A stretch of DNA of 40,127 nt from Sedimentisphaerales bacterium (GCA_963663805.2 CAXXMR010000005.1:1-40127); one strand, 5' to 3'; counted from the stretch's first letter, positions 10,503 through 20,361 are shown. Notes: a model not told the origin generated them from the sequence alone. Made by a program: numbers and translations.

Positions 10503-13500
10503 ATGAGTAAAATTTCAAGAATTTTGTTAAGTTGCTGTCTGCTGGTTTCAGTTGCATCTGCTACCAATCATATGTATTGGGTGTGTCCGGACCCAAACGG
10601 TTTGTGGGATATTCCCGCTAACTGGGAGAATAGTCCTGGCGACCCTGATTTTGATTTTCCCGGCGATGATCCTACGGGAGGAAGTTTGAATAAAGCCTAT
10701 GCAGTGATTCAGCAGCGTGAAGCCTGGATTTATGGTGACCATGCTCCTACAGGGCGAGTTGAGCGAATCTACGTTGGTGGTCCTTCAGGAGGAACTCTGG
10801 CACTTAATACGACACAGACCGTCAATGCCTATAAGTTCTATACCGGTAACGGTTCGGGCTGGAACGCTACAATTAATCACTACAATGGTACTCTAAATGT
10901 CCTTACGGGTGGTTCTGCTCCACCTTACCTTGAATTTGGTACCAATGGCGGCGATACTACCTATAATCTTTACGGCGGCACCTTTGCCAGTAATTATCTT
11001 TATGGTCCTCATTCCAGCAGTCCTGCCAGTATATCAACCATTAATGTGGATGGTGGTATCTGGCAGGTTGGTGGGCGTGCTTGGCTTGGTTCTGTGCCTG
11101 ACGCAGTTTTTAATGTCAATCTTAGTTCCGGTTCGATTCTTTCATCCTGTTTATATTTTTATATCGGAGTGTCGGGTGGTACCTGTTATTTCAACCAGAC
11201 CGGCGGTACTTTTCAGGATACCGGGGCTAAATTTGTGCCGGTGGGTTGGAGTGATGGTCATGGCGAAATAACCATTTCCGGTGGTAATTTTGATGCCAGA
11301 GTTCCAGTCATCATGCCCAATGGTGTTTTCCGGGTTGTTGGTTCCGGCGCGTCGAATATTTCCATGCAGCGTAAGACAGTGGGGGCATACGAAGATATTG
11401 GCTTTGGCTTTGGCTATGGTACTTATGGTGATGGTAATGATGAAACTCTGGCGGTAGAGCTTGATGCTTCGGGTATTACCCCTATTCGGGTTAACGGTGG
11501 TGGGTATGCAAATTTGCGTAATGGTGTGTTGAGTGTAGCTGTTCTTGATGATTTTGTTGATGCTCCGGGTACGGTCTATCCGATTCTTTACGCCTCGGCG
11601 GCAGTAGATGCGATCTGGGAAGAAGGATTAAGACTTGTAGTTCTGGATTCGGAATACAGCTTCGAATGGTTTATCGAAGATGATACCATTAACGGCGGTC
11701 AATGGCTTAAGCTTCGTCAGTTGCCGACTTCGCTTTGGACGGGCGGGGTAGGCCAATGGGATGTCGCATCTAATTGGCAGGGGGGGGTGCCCAATACCAC
11801 CCAAAATGCCGCTATTACCGATGGGCAGGTATCTTTACCGACAAGTGGTGTGATTGCAGCGGCTCAGAAACTGATTCTCGGTGGAAACAGTCATCCGGAA
11901 CTAATTGCCGCTGCTGGTTCTCAGCTTAACTTAAGTGATCTTGATGTTGCTTCGTTGGATGGTGATGCGGCTACAATCAATATTACCGGTGGTGAAATCG
12001 ATATTGCTGGAGAAGTGGTAATGGCCTCGGCGGCATCAACGAGTGTGCAGATCACTCAAACTTTTGGCAGCGTTGACATTACCGGTAGTTTGAATATGGG
12101 ATATTATACCGGTGCGAGTAGTACAGCGACGCTGAACTATGATATTTCCGGTGGCACATTTATGCAGACGGGCGATGTTTTCCATTTGGGTTATGCAAGC
12201 AGCGAAGCGTATTTTAACCAAACCGGTGGTGCGGTTACCTTTAATGTTGATAATCTGGGTTCTTGTCGATTGGGTTATGCCGACGGTTGGGCGGAGTATG
12301 TAATTTCCGGTGGTTCTCTGGCATGTTCCACTAATTTTGTGGTGCAGAACGGAGTATTTGCGGTATTAGGCTCATCGGTCGGTAGTATTTCGATGGATCG
12401 CATGGCCTTTGCTGACCCGGATAATCCGGAAAGTAACGCTACTTTTCAGGTTGGTCTGGATGCCGGTGGTGCCAGCTCTGTGGTTTTGACTAGCGGCAAG
12501 GCGCGTTTTTATGAAGGTTCGCAGATTGAAGTTGTAATACTGCCCGGTTTTAGTGGTTCGTTCGGCAGTACATACGACATTCTCGAAACTCCCAGTCGAA
12601 TTATGGGCGACTTGAATGTTATCTGCCTGGACCCAGCTTATACCTTTGACGCTTATGTTGTAGTTATCCCGGAAGAACAGGGTGGTGGTGAAATCCTTCG
12701 TCTAGAAGTGGGTTTTAGTAATGACAAAGCCTACGATCCCCTCCCTGCGGATGACACTAAAATTTGTATTCAGGATGCCTTATCATGGACCAATCCCGCC
12801 CCAAGTCAACCGAATGGTAGTATTCTCTGCGATGTGTTGATTTCGGATGCCGAGTCCGATCCCAATTTCCTTAGTCCTGTTAAGGTTGTTGATAAACAGC
12901 CAATAAGTGAATTTCTAGCGACCTTAAGTGCTGAACATGAGTACCTGTGGCGAATTGATGTTTATGACCAGTCTTACGGTGCTGAAAACAAGGTAATCGG
13001 TGATGTCTGGAGTTTTACCACTAATGTTCCGGCCACAAAGGGTTTGGAGTGGAATTTTGACACTCATACTACCGTTAGTGCGGCCTATGAGCAATCTATT
13101 CACCCCGATAATATTTCAGTGACGGCAAGTTCCTGGTATTATCTTGACGGGCCTTTAGGTGTGATTAACAGTTGCGGCTTGCTGGGATTCAAACATTGTG
13201 AGTCTCAATCGCTCAATGGTACTCACTGGACTTCGGCGGTTTTAGACTGGACACCGGTGACAGCTCCGGGATGTTCAACTTCGGGGCTGGCTTGGATTAA
13301 ATTTGAGTTTAACCAGGTTTACGATCTTGGCGAATTATTTGTCTGGAATCATAACGGTATTGGTAGCTTAGTGGACCAACGCGGTATGAAAAATGTCACT
13401 ATTGAGTATTCGGCGGACGGTTCTACTTTTAGTATGCTGGGCACATATATACTTAATGACTCAACTCATGCTCCAGACTACCTTTATAATAATGTAATAG

Positions 13501-14999
13501 ACTTTGGTGGAATTGCCGCCAAGAGTGTGGTTTTGACCGCACATTTGACAAATGGTAATTACGGCGGAGATTGTGTCGGCCTTGCCGAGGTTCGTTTTGG
13601 CCTGAGTGGCACAGTGGCAGATTCAACAACCACAGGTGATGTGGTTGGTTCGTGTGTGGCTATGGCCAACTGTGATTTTGTTGATTCTACAATTTATGGT
13701 TCGGTACAATGTGCCGCGATTGACGATGGCTTGGATTCAATTTATTCTCCAACAAATAATGCTGGCGTGGTTACTTTAGCGACTGACTCTTGGACGATAA
13801 ATTTCTATCTCTACACCGAGCAATATCCTCAAAATGGTTTATTGTTGGTTGGGTTTGGTGATTCCCTGGATTTGGATGGGGGTGCCAAACGCTATGTGGA
13901 TATTCAGTCCAGCGGTCGTATCGGATTCTGGTCGGATGATGTTGCTACAGATGTAACAGATTCTTTGCCGCGTTGTGACTTGAGGAAATGGCAGTTGATT
14001 ACTGTTAATTATGATGGTAAGTCGGTAAATATTTATAAGAATGCCGTTTTGGTAGCTTCTATGTCGGTTTCTGAATTTGCCAATGATGCTGTTCAAAAAG
14101 CTACCGTTCTTCCTGCCACCGGGCGAAACTTCATGATGAGCGAGTTCCACGGCATGATAGATAATGTAACTCTTTATAGTGGTGTACTTTCTTTGGCCGA
14201 GATGGAAGACCTGGCAGCCTTGATACCAATAGATCAAGATTTGAATATTGATGCTGCTGTAGATAACCAGGATTTGCAGATATTCGCAGCCGACTGGCTA
14301 AGTTCAGTAGAACTTGCCGGTTCTGTTGATACTTCTAACTTGGTTACTTGGTCCGAAGGTTTTGAAGATGGTGATGGTTTCAAGGCTAGATGGACTGCCT
14401 ATTCTGGCGACTGGTCAGGTAAGGCTATAGTTGAGGACGCTTCAGCACCCGAAGGCGATAGTGCCCTGGAATTCGCTGTGCCATCTAACTATATCAGTCG
14501 TTCGATTGGCAGTATGTCGGATGTTTTTGAAACCAGTTGGTATTATCGTGCTAGTGGTACGGAAGGTTCCAGTGATTTGCGGGTTTCGATTGTTGATTCA
14601 AATATGACAACTTTGGTTCGAGTACGTCACACCATGACCAATGGTCAGGTTCGGCTATATACAGACACCAGCAGCAGGATGTATAGCTTTGTGCCGGGTG
14701 TTGAGTATGTCAAAGTTACCTTGAGGCTTGATGCCTCTGCGGGCAGATGCGTATTGTTTATCGATGACCAGTTGCTTGAAAGTAATTTGTCCCTGAGTAA
14801 TCCTGTTACAGGTCCGGCTTCAGCGATTGTGCTTCAGAAAGCAACGGGCACCTATCCCGAAGCTTATATTGATCAGATAGTGGTAGCTGAGTCTGTTTAT
14901 GGGATATATTATCCTGTCAGTGACCTAAACGATGACGGCTTTGTCGATTTTATGGACTATTCCGATTGGGTAGGTTTCTGGATGTTTGATATGAATTGA
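10503..14999 (+). CDS. Large secreted multidomain protein (two Gly-rich beta-solenoid-like repeats, discoidin-like and LamG-like domains, dockerin-like motifs)
   Basis: RBS GGAGG at 10491; signal peptide; WIKFEFNQVYDLGELFVWN (discoidin-like); WQLITVNYDG...FHGMIDNV (LamG-like); DLNIDAAVDNQDL..FAADWL and DLNDDGFVDFMDY. Confidence 0.8.
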   Translation: MSKISRILLSCCLLVSVASATNHMYWVCPDPNGLWDIPANWENSPGDPDFDFPGDDPTGGSLNKAYAVIQQREAWIYGDHAPTGRVERIYVGGPSGGTLALNTTQTVNAYKFYTGNGSGWNATINHYNGTLNVLTGGSAPPYLEFGTNGGDTTYNLYGGTFASNYLYGPHSSSPASISTINVDGGIWQVGGRAWLGSVPDAVFNVNLSSGSILSSCLYFYIGVSGGTCYFNQTGGTFQDTGAKFVPVGWSDGHGEITISGGNFDARVPVIMPNGVFRVVGSGASNISMQRKTVGAYEDIGFGFGYGTYGDGNDETLAVELDASGITPIRVNGGGYANLRNGVLSVAVLDDFVDAPGTVYPILYASAAVDAIWEEGLRLVVLDSEYSFEWFIEDDTINGGQWLKLRQLPTSLWTGGVGQWDVASNWQGGVPNTTQNAAITDGQVSLPTSGVIAAAQKLILGGNSHPELIAAAGSQLNLSDLDVASLDGDAATINITGGEIDIAGEVVMASAASTSVQITQTFGSVDITGSLNMGYYTGASSTATLNYDISGGTFMQTGDVFHLGYASSEAYFNQTGGAVTFNVDNLGSCRLGYADGWAEYVISGGSLACSTNFVVQNGVFAVLGSSVGSISMDRMAFADPDNPESNATFQVGLDAGGASSVVLTSGKARFYEGSQIEVVILPGFSGSFGSTYDILETPSRIMGDLNVICLDPAYTFDAYVVVIPEEQGGGEILRLEVGFSNDKAYDPLPADDTKICIQDALSWTNPAPSQPNGSILCDVLISDAESDPNFLSPVKVVDKQPISEFLATLSAEHEYLWRIDVYDQSYGAENKVIGDVWSFTTNVPATKGLEWNFDTHTTVSAAYEQSIHPDNISVTASSWYYLDGPLGVINSCGLLGFKHCESQSLNGTHWTSAVLDWTPVTAPGCSTSGLAWIKFEFNQVYDLGELFVWNHNGIGSLVDQRGMKNVTIEYSADGSTFSMLGTYILNDSTHAPDYLYNNVIDFGGIAAKSVVLTAHLTNGNYGGDCVGLAEVRFGLSGTVADSTTTGDVVGSCVAMANCDFVDSTIYGSVQCAAIDDGLDSIYSPTNNAGVVTLATDSWTINFYLYTEQYPQNGLLLVGFGDSLDLDGGAKRYVDIQSSGRIGFWSDDVATDVTDSLPRCDLRKWQLITVNYDGKSVNIYKNAVLVASMSVSEFANDAVQKATVLPATGRNFMMSEFHGMIDNVTLYSGVLSLAEMEDLAALIPIDQDLNIDAAVDNQDLQIFAADWLSSVELAGSVDTSNLVTWSEGFEDGDGFKARWTAYSGDWSGKAIVEDASAPEGDSALEFAVPSNYISRSIGSMSDVFETSWYYRASGTEGSSDLRVSIVDSNMTTLVRVRHTMTNGQVRLYTDTSSRMYSFVPGVEYVKVTLRLDASAGRCVLFIDDQLLESNLSLSNPVTGPASAIVLQKATGTYPEAYIDQIVVAESVYGIYYPVSDLNDDGFVDFMDYSDWVGFWMFDMN

Positions 15000-15023
15000 T
15001 TGTGATTTAACCGATATGGTGGT

Positions 15024-15053
15024 GTAACGGCCGACTTTCGGGTCGGCTGTTAC
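15024..15053 (+). promoter_or_regulatory. Intergenic stem-loop with UUCG loop and no U tail
   Basis: GTAACGGCCGACT-TTCG-GGTCGGCTGTTAC, a 13-bp stem with G-U pairs. Confidence 0.6.
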
Positions 15054-15082
15054 GGTACATGATTGATTATAGAAAGAGTTGT

Positions 15083-17407
15083 ATGTATAAAGTGTGTAGT
15101 GTGGTTTTGGCTTTACTGTTTTGTGGAACGCCTTTTGGCTTTGCACAAACAGTTGAAATTGGTAACGGTTCTCTCATCTGGGGCTATCCATTCCACACGT
15201 TCAACTATGACGCCAGAGTAACAGTACTTTATACCGCTCAGGAAATTGGCAGTGCAGGATATATCAATTCTTTGGCATTGGATATTACTACAGAGATTCC
15301 TTCTGATGTTCAGGGATTTAAGATTCGCTTTAAGCATACCGACCGTACAGAGCTTTCTGTTGCGGAAGGTTTCGATATTGAAGGATGGGTAATCGCTTTT
15401 GATGGTTCCTGGCCCGCTGGTTCTGGTTGGCAATCTGTGGATATGGATTATCCATACTACTACAATGGTTCTGATAATCTTCTTGTTGATATTATCATTG
15501 ATCGTGATCAATGGTGGTATTCGTCTTACGGATGTCGGGCAACGGCTAGTAATGTTGTTCGGTCTCTGGCGGTGCATTGTGATAATTGCACTGTCGGCGA
15601 TCCGCAGGTCTGGTGTTCTCTTCAGGGGCCAACTCCTTTGGGGGAGTTAAAAATGCCCAATATACGGTTTGAGCTGTCTTCTCGCTCTCATTACGAAAAA
15701 CTTGACGTGATGTGCTTTAATATTCGGGGGGGATATAATACTGAAGATGATCCGCGTGACAACTGGTCAGAGCCTCCTGTGGGCCAAGTGCAGCGTAAAT
15801 TTCGAGTTTTGGAAATGATTCTATCTGAAACCGAAACGTCAGGTGTTCAGGGGGCAGACATAATAGGTTTGCAGGAGGTATGGGATAAAAATGGACAGGT
15901 TACCGATGTGATTAACGGGCTGGATGAGAAATATGCTTGGTCCGGCATAGCAGATAATGGTACAATGTCATTTAATCTGGGCAAAAGTTATGTACCTATA
16001 TTGTACAAGAAGGATCGTTTCAATTGTCTGGACCAGGGGGTATTCTGGCTGAGCGAAACTCCTGATGTTCCCTCTACGCATTCAGACACAACCTATACCA
16101 GAATTGCGACTTGGGTTATTTTGTACGACAAAAAAGTGGCCAGAAACTATTTTGTCTTAAATACTCATCTTGACCATATCAGTGCTACGGCTCGAGGCTA
16201 TGGTGCCAAGTTGATTATGAGTCGGCTCGAGCAACTTGCCGATTCCTTACCTGTTATTGTTATGGGTGACATGAATTCATATGAGAAGCCGACGAATAAT
16301 CAAGCTTATATCGCTTTTACTTCCGCTTTATCTGACTGTTCACTGATAGATTGCTTTCGTACTACCTACCCGATGGAAATGCCGATGGAAAGGACTTTCG
16401 GGACATGGAATGGCTTGGTTGAAGGTGACCGGATAGATTTTATTTTTGCCAGAGATATGGTTTGTCGCGGCAATACTATCGAAAGAAAGCAACTCTATGG
16501 CCGGTGCCCCTCAGACCATTATCCGGTGATCGCAACATTTTATGTTCCCAAAGACAACTTGTCGGATATTAATAAAGATAGTGTGGTTGACGTGACTGAT
16601 TTTGTTGTTTTTGGTCAGGAGTGGTTAAGATGCGCACAGACATTTACCTGTTCATCTATTAATAATGGTCTTCTGACTTGTGTGGGCTTTGATATGCCCG
16701 GAGCAGATTATCAATGCCGGAATAACGGTGTTGTTAATTCTGTGGCATCTTTCAATGGTTTTGATGAGTATATTCAAATTGATACAAATTTCTCCGGCGG
16801 TGAGACATATCAGCAAACTCTTTCGGACTGGACTGTGGCGTTTTGGATAAATCTTGACCGTATTCCTTATCGTACCACAGCGGCGTATTATATGATGAAT
16901 ATTATAGGAGGGACAGAGAAGAAGGCAGGTGGTATTCAGATTGCGATTAGAGATAACGCCCGAGTTCGGCTGGAAGTTTATTCTGAGGATTATGGCGGCC
17001 TGAGTACTTACTATAATAATACTGAGTTTGATACCTGCCATTGGTATCATCTGGTTGTTTCCTATAGTGTCGTTTCGGGTCAGGTTGAGTTTTATCTGGA
17101 TGGCGAATCGGATGGCGAGGTTTCCGTTGCCAACCTGCCTTTGTGCTGGATGGGGCCGCTGTATATTGGCAAATATAAAACTGACCGATTTTTGGATGGT
17201 ATGTTGGATGAAATGCGTATATATGATAGACAGCTTAGTTTGAGTGAAATTCAGTATTTAGCTGCCGGTGGAAGTACTGTCGGAAGTATCACTGACAGGT
17301 TAGATTTGCCGGGCAATTTTTATGATTGTCCGTTCAGTGATGCTGTAATTGATTTATACGATTTTTCATATTTCTGTTGGTATCTCGGCCAAGACTGGCT
17401 TAAGTGA
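15083..17407 (+). CDS. Secreted endonuclease/exonuclease/phosphatase (EEP) family protein with LamG-like and dockerin-like regions
   Basis: FNIR, GLQEV, FWLSETP, NTHLD, GDMN, RIDFIF and SDHYPV motifs; WYHLVVSY...GMLDEMRIYDR; DINKDSVVDVTDFVVFGQEWL. Confidence 0.88.
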   Translation: MYKVCSVVLALLFCGTPFGFAQTVEIGNGSLIWGYPFHTFNYDARVTVLYTAQEIGSAGYINSLALDITTEIPSDVQGFKIRFKHTDRTELSVAEGFDIEGWVIAFDGSWPAGSGWQSVDMDYPYYYNGSDNLLVDIIIDRDQWWYSSYGCRATASNVVRSLAVHCDNCTVGDPQVWCSLQGPTPLGELKMPNIRFELSSRSHYEKLDVMCFNIRGGYNTEDDPRDNWSEPPVGQVQRKFRVLEMILSETETSGVQGADIIGLQEVWDKNGQVTDVINGLDEKYAWSGIADNGTMSFNLGKSYVPILYKKDRFNCLDQGVFWLSETPDVPSTHSDTTYTRIATWVILYDKKVARNYFVLNTHLDHISATARGYGAKLIMSRLEQLADSLPVIVMGDMNSYEKPTNNQAYIAFTSALSDCSLIDCFRTTYPMEMPMERTFGTWNGLVEGDRIDFIFARDMVCRGNTIERKQLYGRCPSDHYPVIATFYVPKDNLSDINKDSVVDVTDFVVFGQEWLRCAQTFTCSSINNGLLTCVGFDMPGADYQCRNNGVVNSVASFNGFDEYIQIDTNFSGGETYQQTLSDWTVAFWINLDRIPYRTTAAYYMMNIIGGTEKKAGGIQIAIRDNARVRLEVYSEDYGGLSTYYNNTEFDTCHWYHLVVSYSVVSGQVEFYLDGESDGEVSVANLPLCWMGPLYIGKYKTDRFLDGMLDEMRIYDRQLSLSEIQYLAAGGSTVGSITDRLDLPGNFYDCPFSDAVIDLYDFSYFCWYLGQDWLK

Positions 17408-17456
17408 TATGTTATAAAATGGATTTTTCTCTAGTTTTTTCAAAAAGAATTATGTT

Positions 17457-18833
17457 GTGGAACAATTAATAATTAGTATCAGTGGAGTTCGAGGAGTCGT
17501 TGGCGCAAACTTGACTCCGGCTTTTGTCGCCGAGTATACTTCTGCGTTTGCAACTTGTTTGAAGCGGGTATCCAAGGTTTTACCCCAGAAAAGACTTAAA
17601 GTTTGTGTGGGGCGTGACTCCAGACCTTCTGGCACTTTTTTTGAGGCGGCGGTGATTTCCGGTATTTGTGCCGCAGGCATAGATGTTGTGCAGCTTGGCA
17701 TTGTAACAACTCCGTGTGTTGGCATTATGACGGTACATCTCGGTTGTGCCGGTGGTGTGGTAATTACCGCTTCCCATAATCCAGCCGAATATAACGGTAT
17801 AAAATTACTGCTTGATAATGGTATTGCGCCTACAAAAGATATTGCTGAAGATATACAGAAAATATATTATAATAAAGATTTTGATTATGTGTCTTCGTTA
17901 GATAGCGGTCAGGGTTATTACTGCAACATGGCTGACGAGGTGCATATTGAAAGAATACGAACAATATGTCAACCAGATCGTATTGCAAAAAGAAAATTTA
18001 AGGTAGTGCTAGACAGCGTAAACGGTGCCGGGGGGAGGATAACCAAAAAGCTCCTGGAAATGCTTGGTTGTGAAGTTGTAGGTATCGGCCTGGAACCTAC
18101 CGGTGTTTTTGAACATGCTCCTGAGCCGATTCGAGAGAATTTGGCAGCTCTTTGCGAATCTGTAAAAAAACATAAAGCCGATATTGGTTTTGCTCAGGAT
18201 CCCGACGCTGACAGACTTGCCATAATTGACGATAATGGCCAATGCTTAGGTGAGGAATATACTCTGGCGTTGGCGGTAGAGCATGCGCTTGCAAAAAAAC
18301 GTCGTAATGTTGTCACAAATCTTTCTACTTCGAGAATGATAGACCTAATTGCCCAAAAATATAACTGTAACGTGATTCGAACCCCTGTTGATGAGGTAAA
18401 TGTCGCTGATGCCATGATAAAAAACAATTGCTACATCGGTGGTGAGGGTAATGGCGGTGTAATTGACCTCCGGGTTGGGCCGGTAAGAGATAGCCTGGTC
18501 GCAGTCGCTTTGGTTTTACAACTGATAACCGAAAGATCTTGTAGTATTAGTAATATTGTCAAGACTATCCCATCGTTTGTTATTATGAAAAATAAAATGC
18601 AAATGGATAGGGCTAATATTCCGGTAATACTAGCCAATGCTAAATCAATCTTTGCTGAGGCTCGGTTCAATGATCAGGATGGATATCGATTCGACTTTGA
18701 TGATGCCTGGGTGCATCTCCGTGCTAGTAATACCGAGCCTATAATCAGATATATAGTTGAGGCCGATAACCAAAAAACCATTGATAAATATGTTGCTCGG
18801 CTGAATAAGGTATTGCCTGGTGCGGTTCTCTGA
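17457..18833 (+). CDS. glmM: Phosphoglucosamine mutase / phosphohexomutase
   Basis: SISGVRG, GRDSR, TASHNP, DPDADR, GGEGNGG and RASNTEP motifs. Confidence 0.88.
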   Translation: MEQLIISISGVRGVVGANLTPAFVAEYTSAFATCLKRVSKVLPQKRLKVCVGRDSRPSGTFFEAAVISGICAAGIDVVQLGIVTTPCVGIMTVHLGCAGGVVITASHNPAEYNGIKLLLDNGIAPTKDIAEDIQKIYYNKDFDYVSSLDSGQGYYCNMADEVHIERIRTICQPDRIAKRKFKVVLDSVNGAGGRITKKLLEMLGCEVVGIGLEPTGVFEHAPEPIRENLAALCESVKKHKADIGFAQDPDADRLAIIDDNGQCLGEEYTLALAVEHALAKKRRNVVTNLSTSRMIDLIAQKYNCNVIRTPVDEVNVADAMIKNNCYIGGEGNGGVIDLRVGPVRDSLVAVALVLQLITERSCSISNIVKTIPSFVIMKNKMQMDRANIPVILANAKSIFAEARFNDQDGYRFDFDDAWVHLRASNTEPIIRYIVEADNQKTIDKYVARLNKVLPGAVL

Positions 18834-18989
18834 TTTCATGATTCTTATTTGCATGGCTTGTGTACATATCTCTATGTTGCCAATGTTGAACAAGCGGTAG
18901 ACTAAAGATATTGTTATTCTGAAATGGTAACTTCTTGATCTGGTTCAGGGAGTCTAGGAAAATGTTGTCTTTTATGTGAGGAGGTTCTG

Positions 18990-20162
18990 ATGAACAGAAT
19001 GATTGTTTTTTTACTGGTGATAGTGCTTTTGGGTAGCAATGCATATGCTTTTAATGAAGTCTACTGGGATGGCACCGGCGGATGGATGAATGCCAACTGG
19101 ACGGAAGTGCTGGGAGATGGCGGAGAATGGTCCGTTCCTGGCTGGGTTGTCGGTAATACTAGTAGCGGTAATGGAACTCCCAATGATGGTTCGTATAACT
19201 GGAACAAAGGTTATGCAATGATTCAGAATGGTACTATTCAGGTCACCGCAGCCTCAATGCCCGATGGTCGTGTTGAGCGTATTTATCTTGGAGATGCCCA
19301 ACTTGATGTGCAGGCGAATTTGTTGGCATATCGGACTTACAATAACGCTGGTACGATGAATGTTTCTGCTGATTTTAGTACTACCTATTGGTATATTGCG
19401 CCCGGTAGTTCAGATTCGGTTACTATTAATCAAACTGCCGGTACAGTCGTGCTTTCCGATAAGGCTTACTTTGGTGCGGATTCCGGAGTTGATAATGCAA
19501 TCATGAACTATAACCTTTCCGGCGGTGTCTTTGATGCTACGGTTAATATCGCCTATCTGGGACGCTATGGCGGAGCCAATACCACATTTACGTTCAATCA
19601 GACCGGTGGTGCTTACAACTCTATTATTACCAGGATGGGGAACTCTGCTAATGGCGAACAGACTTATTACAATATTTCAGATGGTGATTTTGATGTGACG
19701 AAATATGTTCGGCTCTACAATAATGCTACTTTTGAGGTTATTGGTTCGGATGCCTCTAGTGTTAGAATGAGACAACTTGTTATTGATGCAGGCAACACCC
19801 TTTCGGTTGCTTTGGATGAAAATGGTTCGACTTTAATTGAAGTTTACGGTGATGGTGTCGAAGCCGGCTATGAAAATTATTATGGAGTTACTCTTGATAA
19901 TGCGATATTATCTTTGGATACTCTTGCTGGGTTTGATAGTGTTGTTGGGAATACTTATGATATCCTTTGGTCTGCGACAACAATTAGCGCTGACGGCCTT
20001 AGTGTTCTTAATTCTTCCGGTACGGTGTTTGATTATAACATTATTGCCGGAGCTAATGGTGGGGAGCTCCTTCGGGTTACCGTTGTCCCCGAACCGACCT
20101 CCATGTTATTGCTAAGTATTGGTGGACTTGTTCTGAAAAGAAAATTAAGACAAAATCGTTAA
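18990..20162 (+). CDS. PEP-CTERM sorting domain protein
   Basis: RBS GAGGAGG; signal peptide; C terminus VPEPTSMLLLSIGGLVLKRKLRQNR. Confidence 0.93.
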   Translation: MNRMIVFLLVIVLLGSNAYAFNEVYWDGTGGWMNANWTEVLGDGGEWSVPGWVVGNTSSGNGTPNDGSYNWNKGYAMIQNGTIQVTAASMPDGRVERIYLGDAQLDVQANLLAYRTYNNAGTMNVSADFSTTYWYIAPGSSDSVTINQTAGTVVLSDKAYFGADSGVDNAIMNYNLSGGVFDATVNIAYLGRYGGANTTFTFNQTGGAYNSIITRMGNSANGEQTYYNISDGDFDVTKYVRLYNNATFEVIGSDASSVRMRQLVIDAGNTLSVALDENGSTLIEVYGDGVEAGYENYYGVTLDNAILSLDTLAGFDSVVGNTYDILWSATTISADGLSVLNSSGTVFDYNIIAGANGGELLRVTVVPEPTSMLLLSIGGLVLKRKLRQNR

Positions 20163-20212
20163 ATGATTGTTGCTTCCGCATAGTTAAATATCATCTCTGC
20201 GTAATAAAAACT

Positions 20213-20248
20213 ATACAGCCCCGTCACGATAATATGATGGGGCTGTAT
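20213..20248 (+). terminator. Probable intrinsic terminator of the locus
   Basis: ATACAGCCCCGTCA-N8-TGATGGGGCTGTAT hairpin followed by T-rich sequence, after the last + strand gene. Confidence 0.7.
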
Positions 20249-20361
20249 TGGTTTGATTTGCTATGTTCCCTTGGGGGGGGTAGCATTTCGAATAAGCATG
20301 TTTACCTGTTTTATACCAATCCAGATTTTAATTTGAAAATCGCAGCTTTCACCGCCAAGGG

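Noticed and set aside
7402..18833. Capsule or O-antigen biosynthesis cluster
   Set aside because: No glycosyltransferase, flippase, polymerase or dehydrogenase is seen; the neighbours are an importer and secreted hydrolases. A precursor-supply role is not fully excluded.
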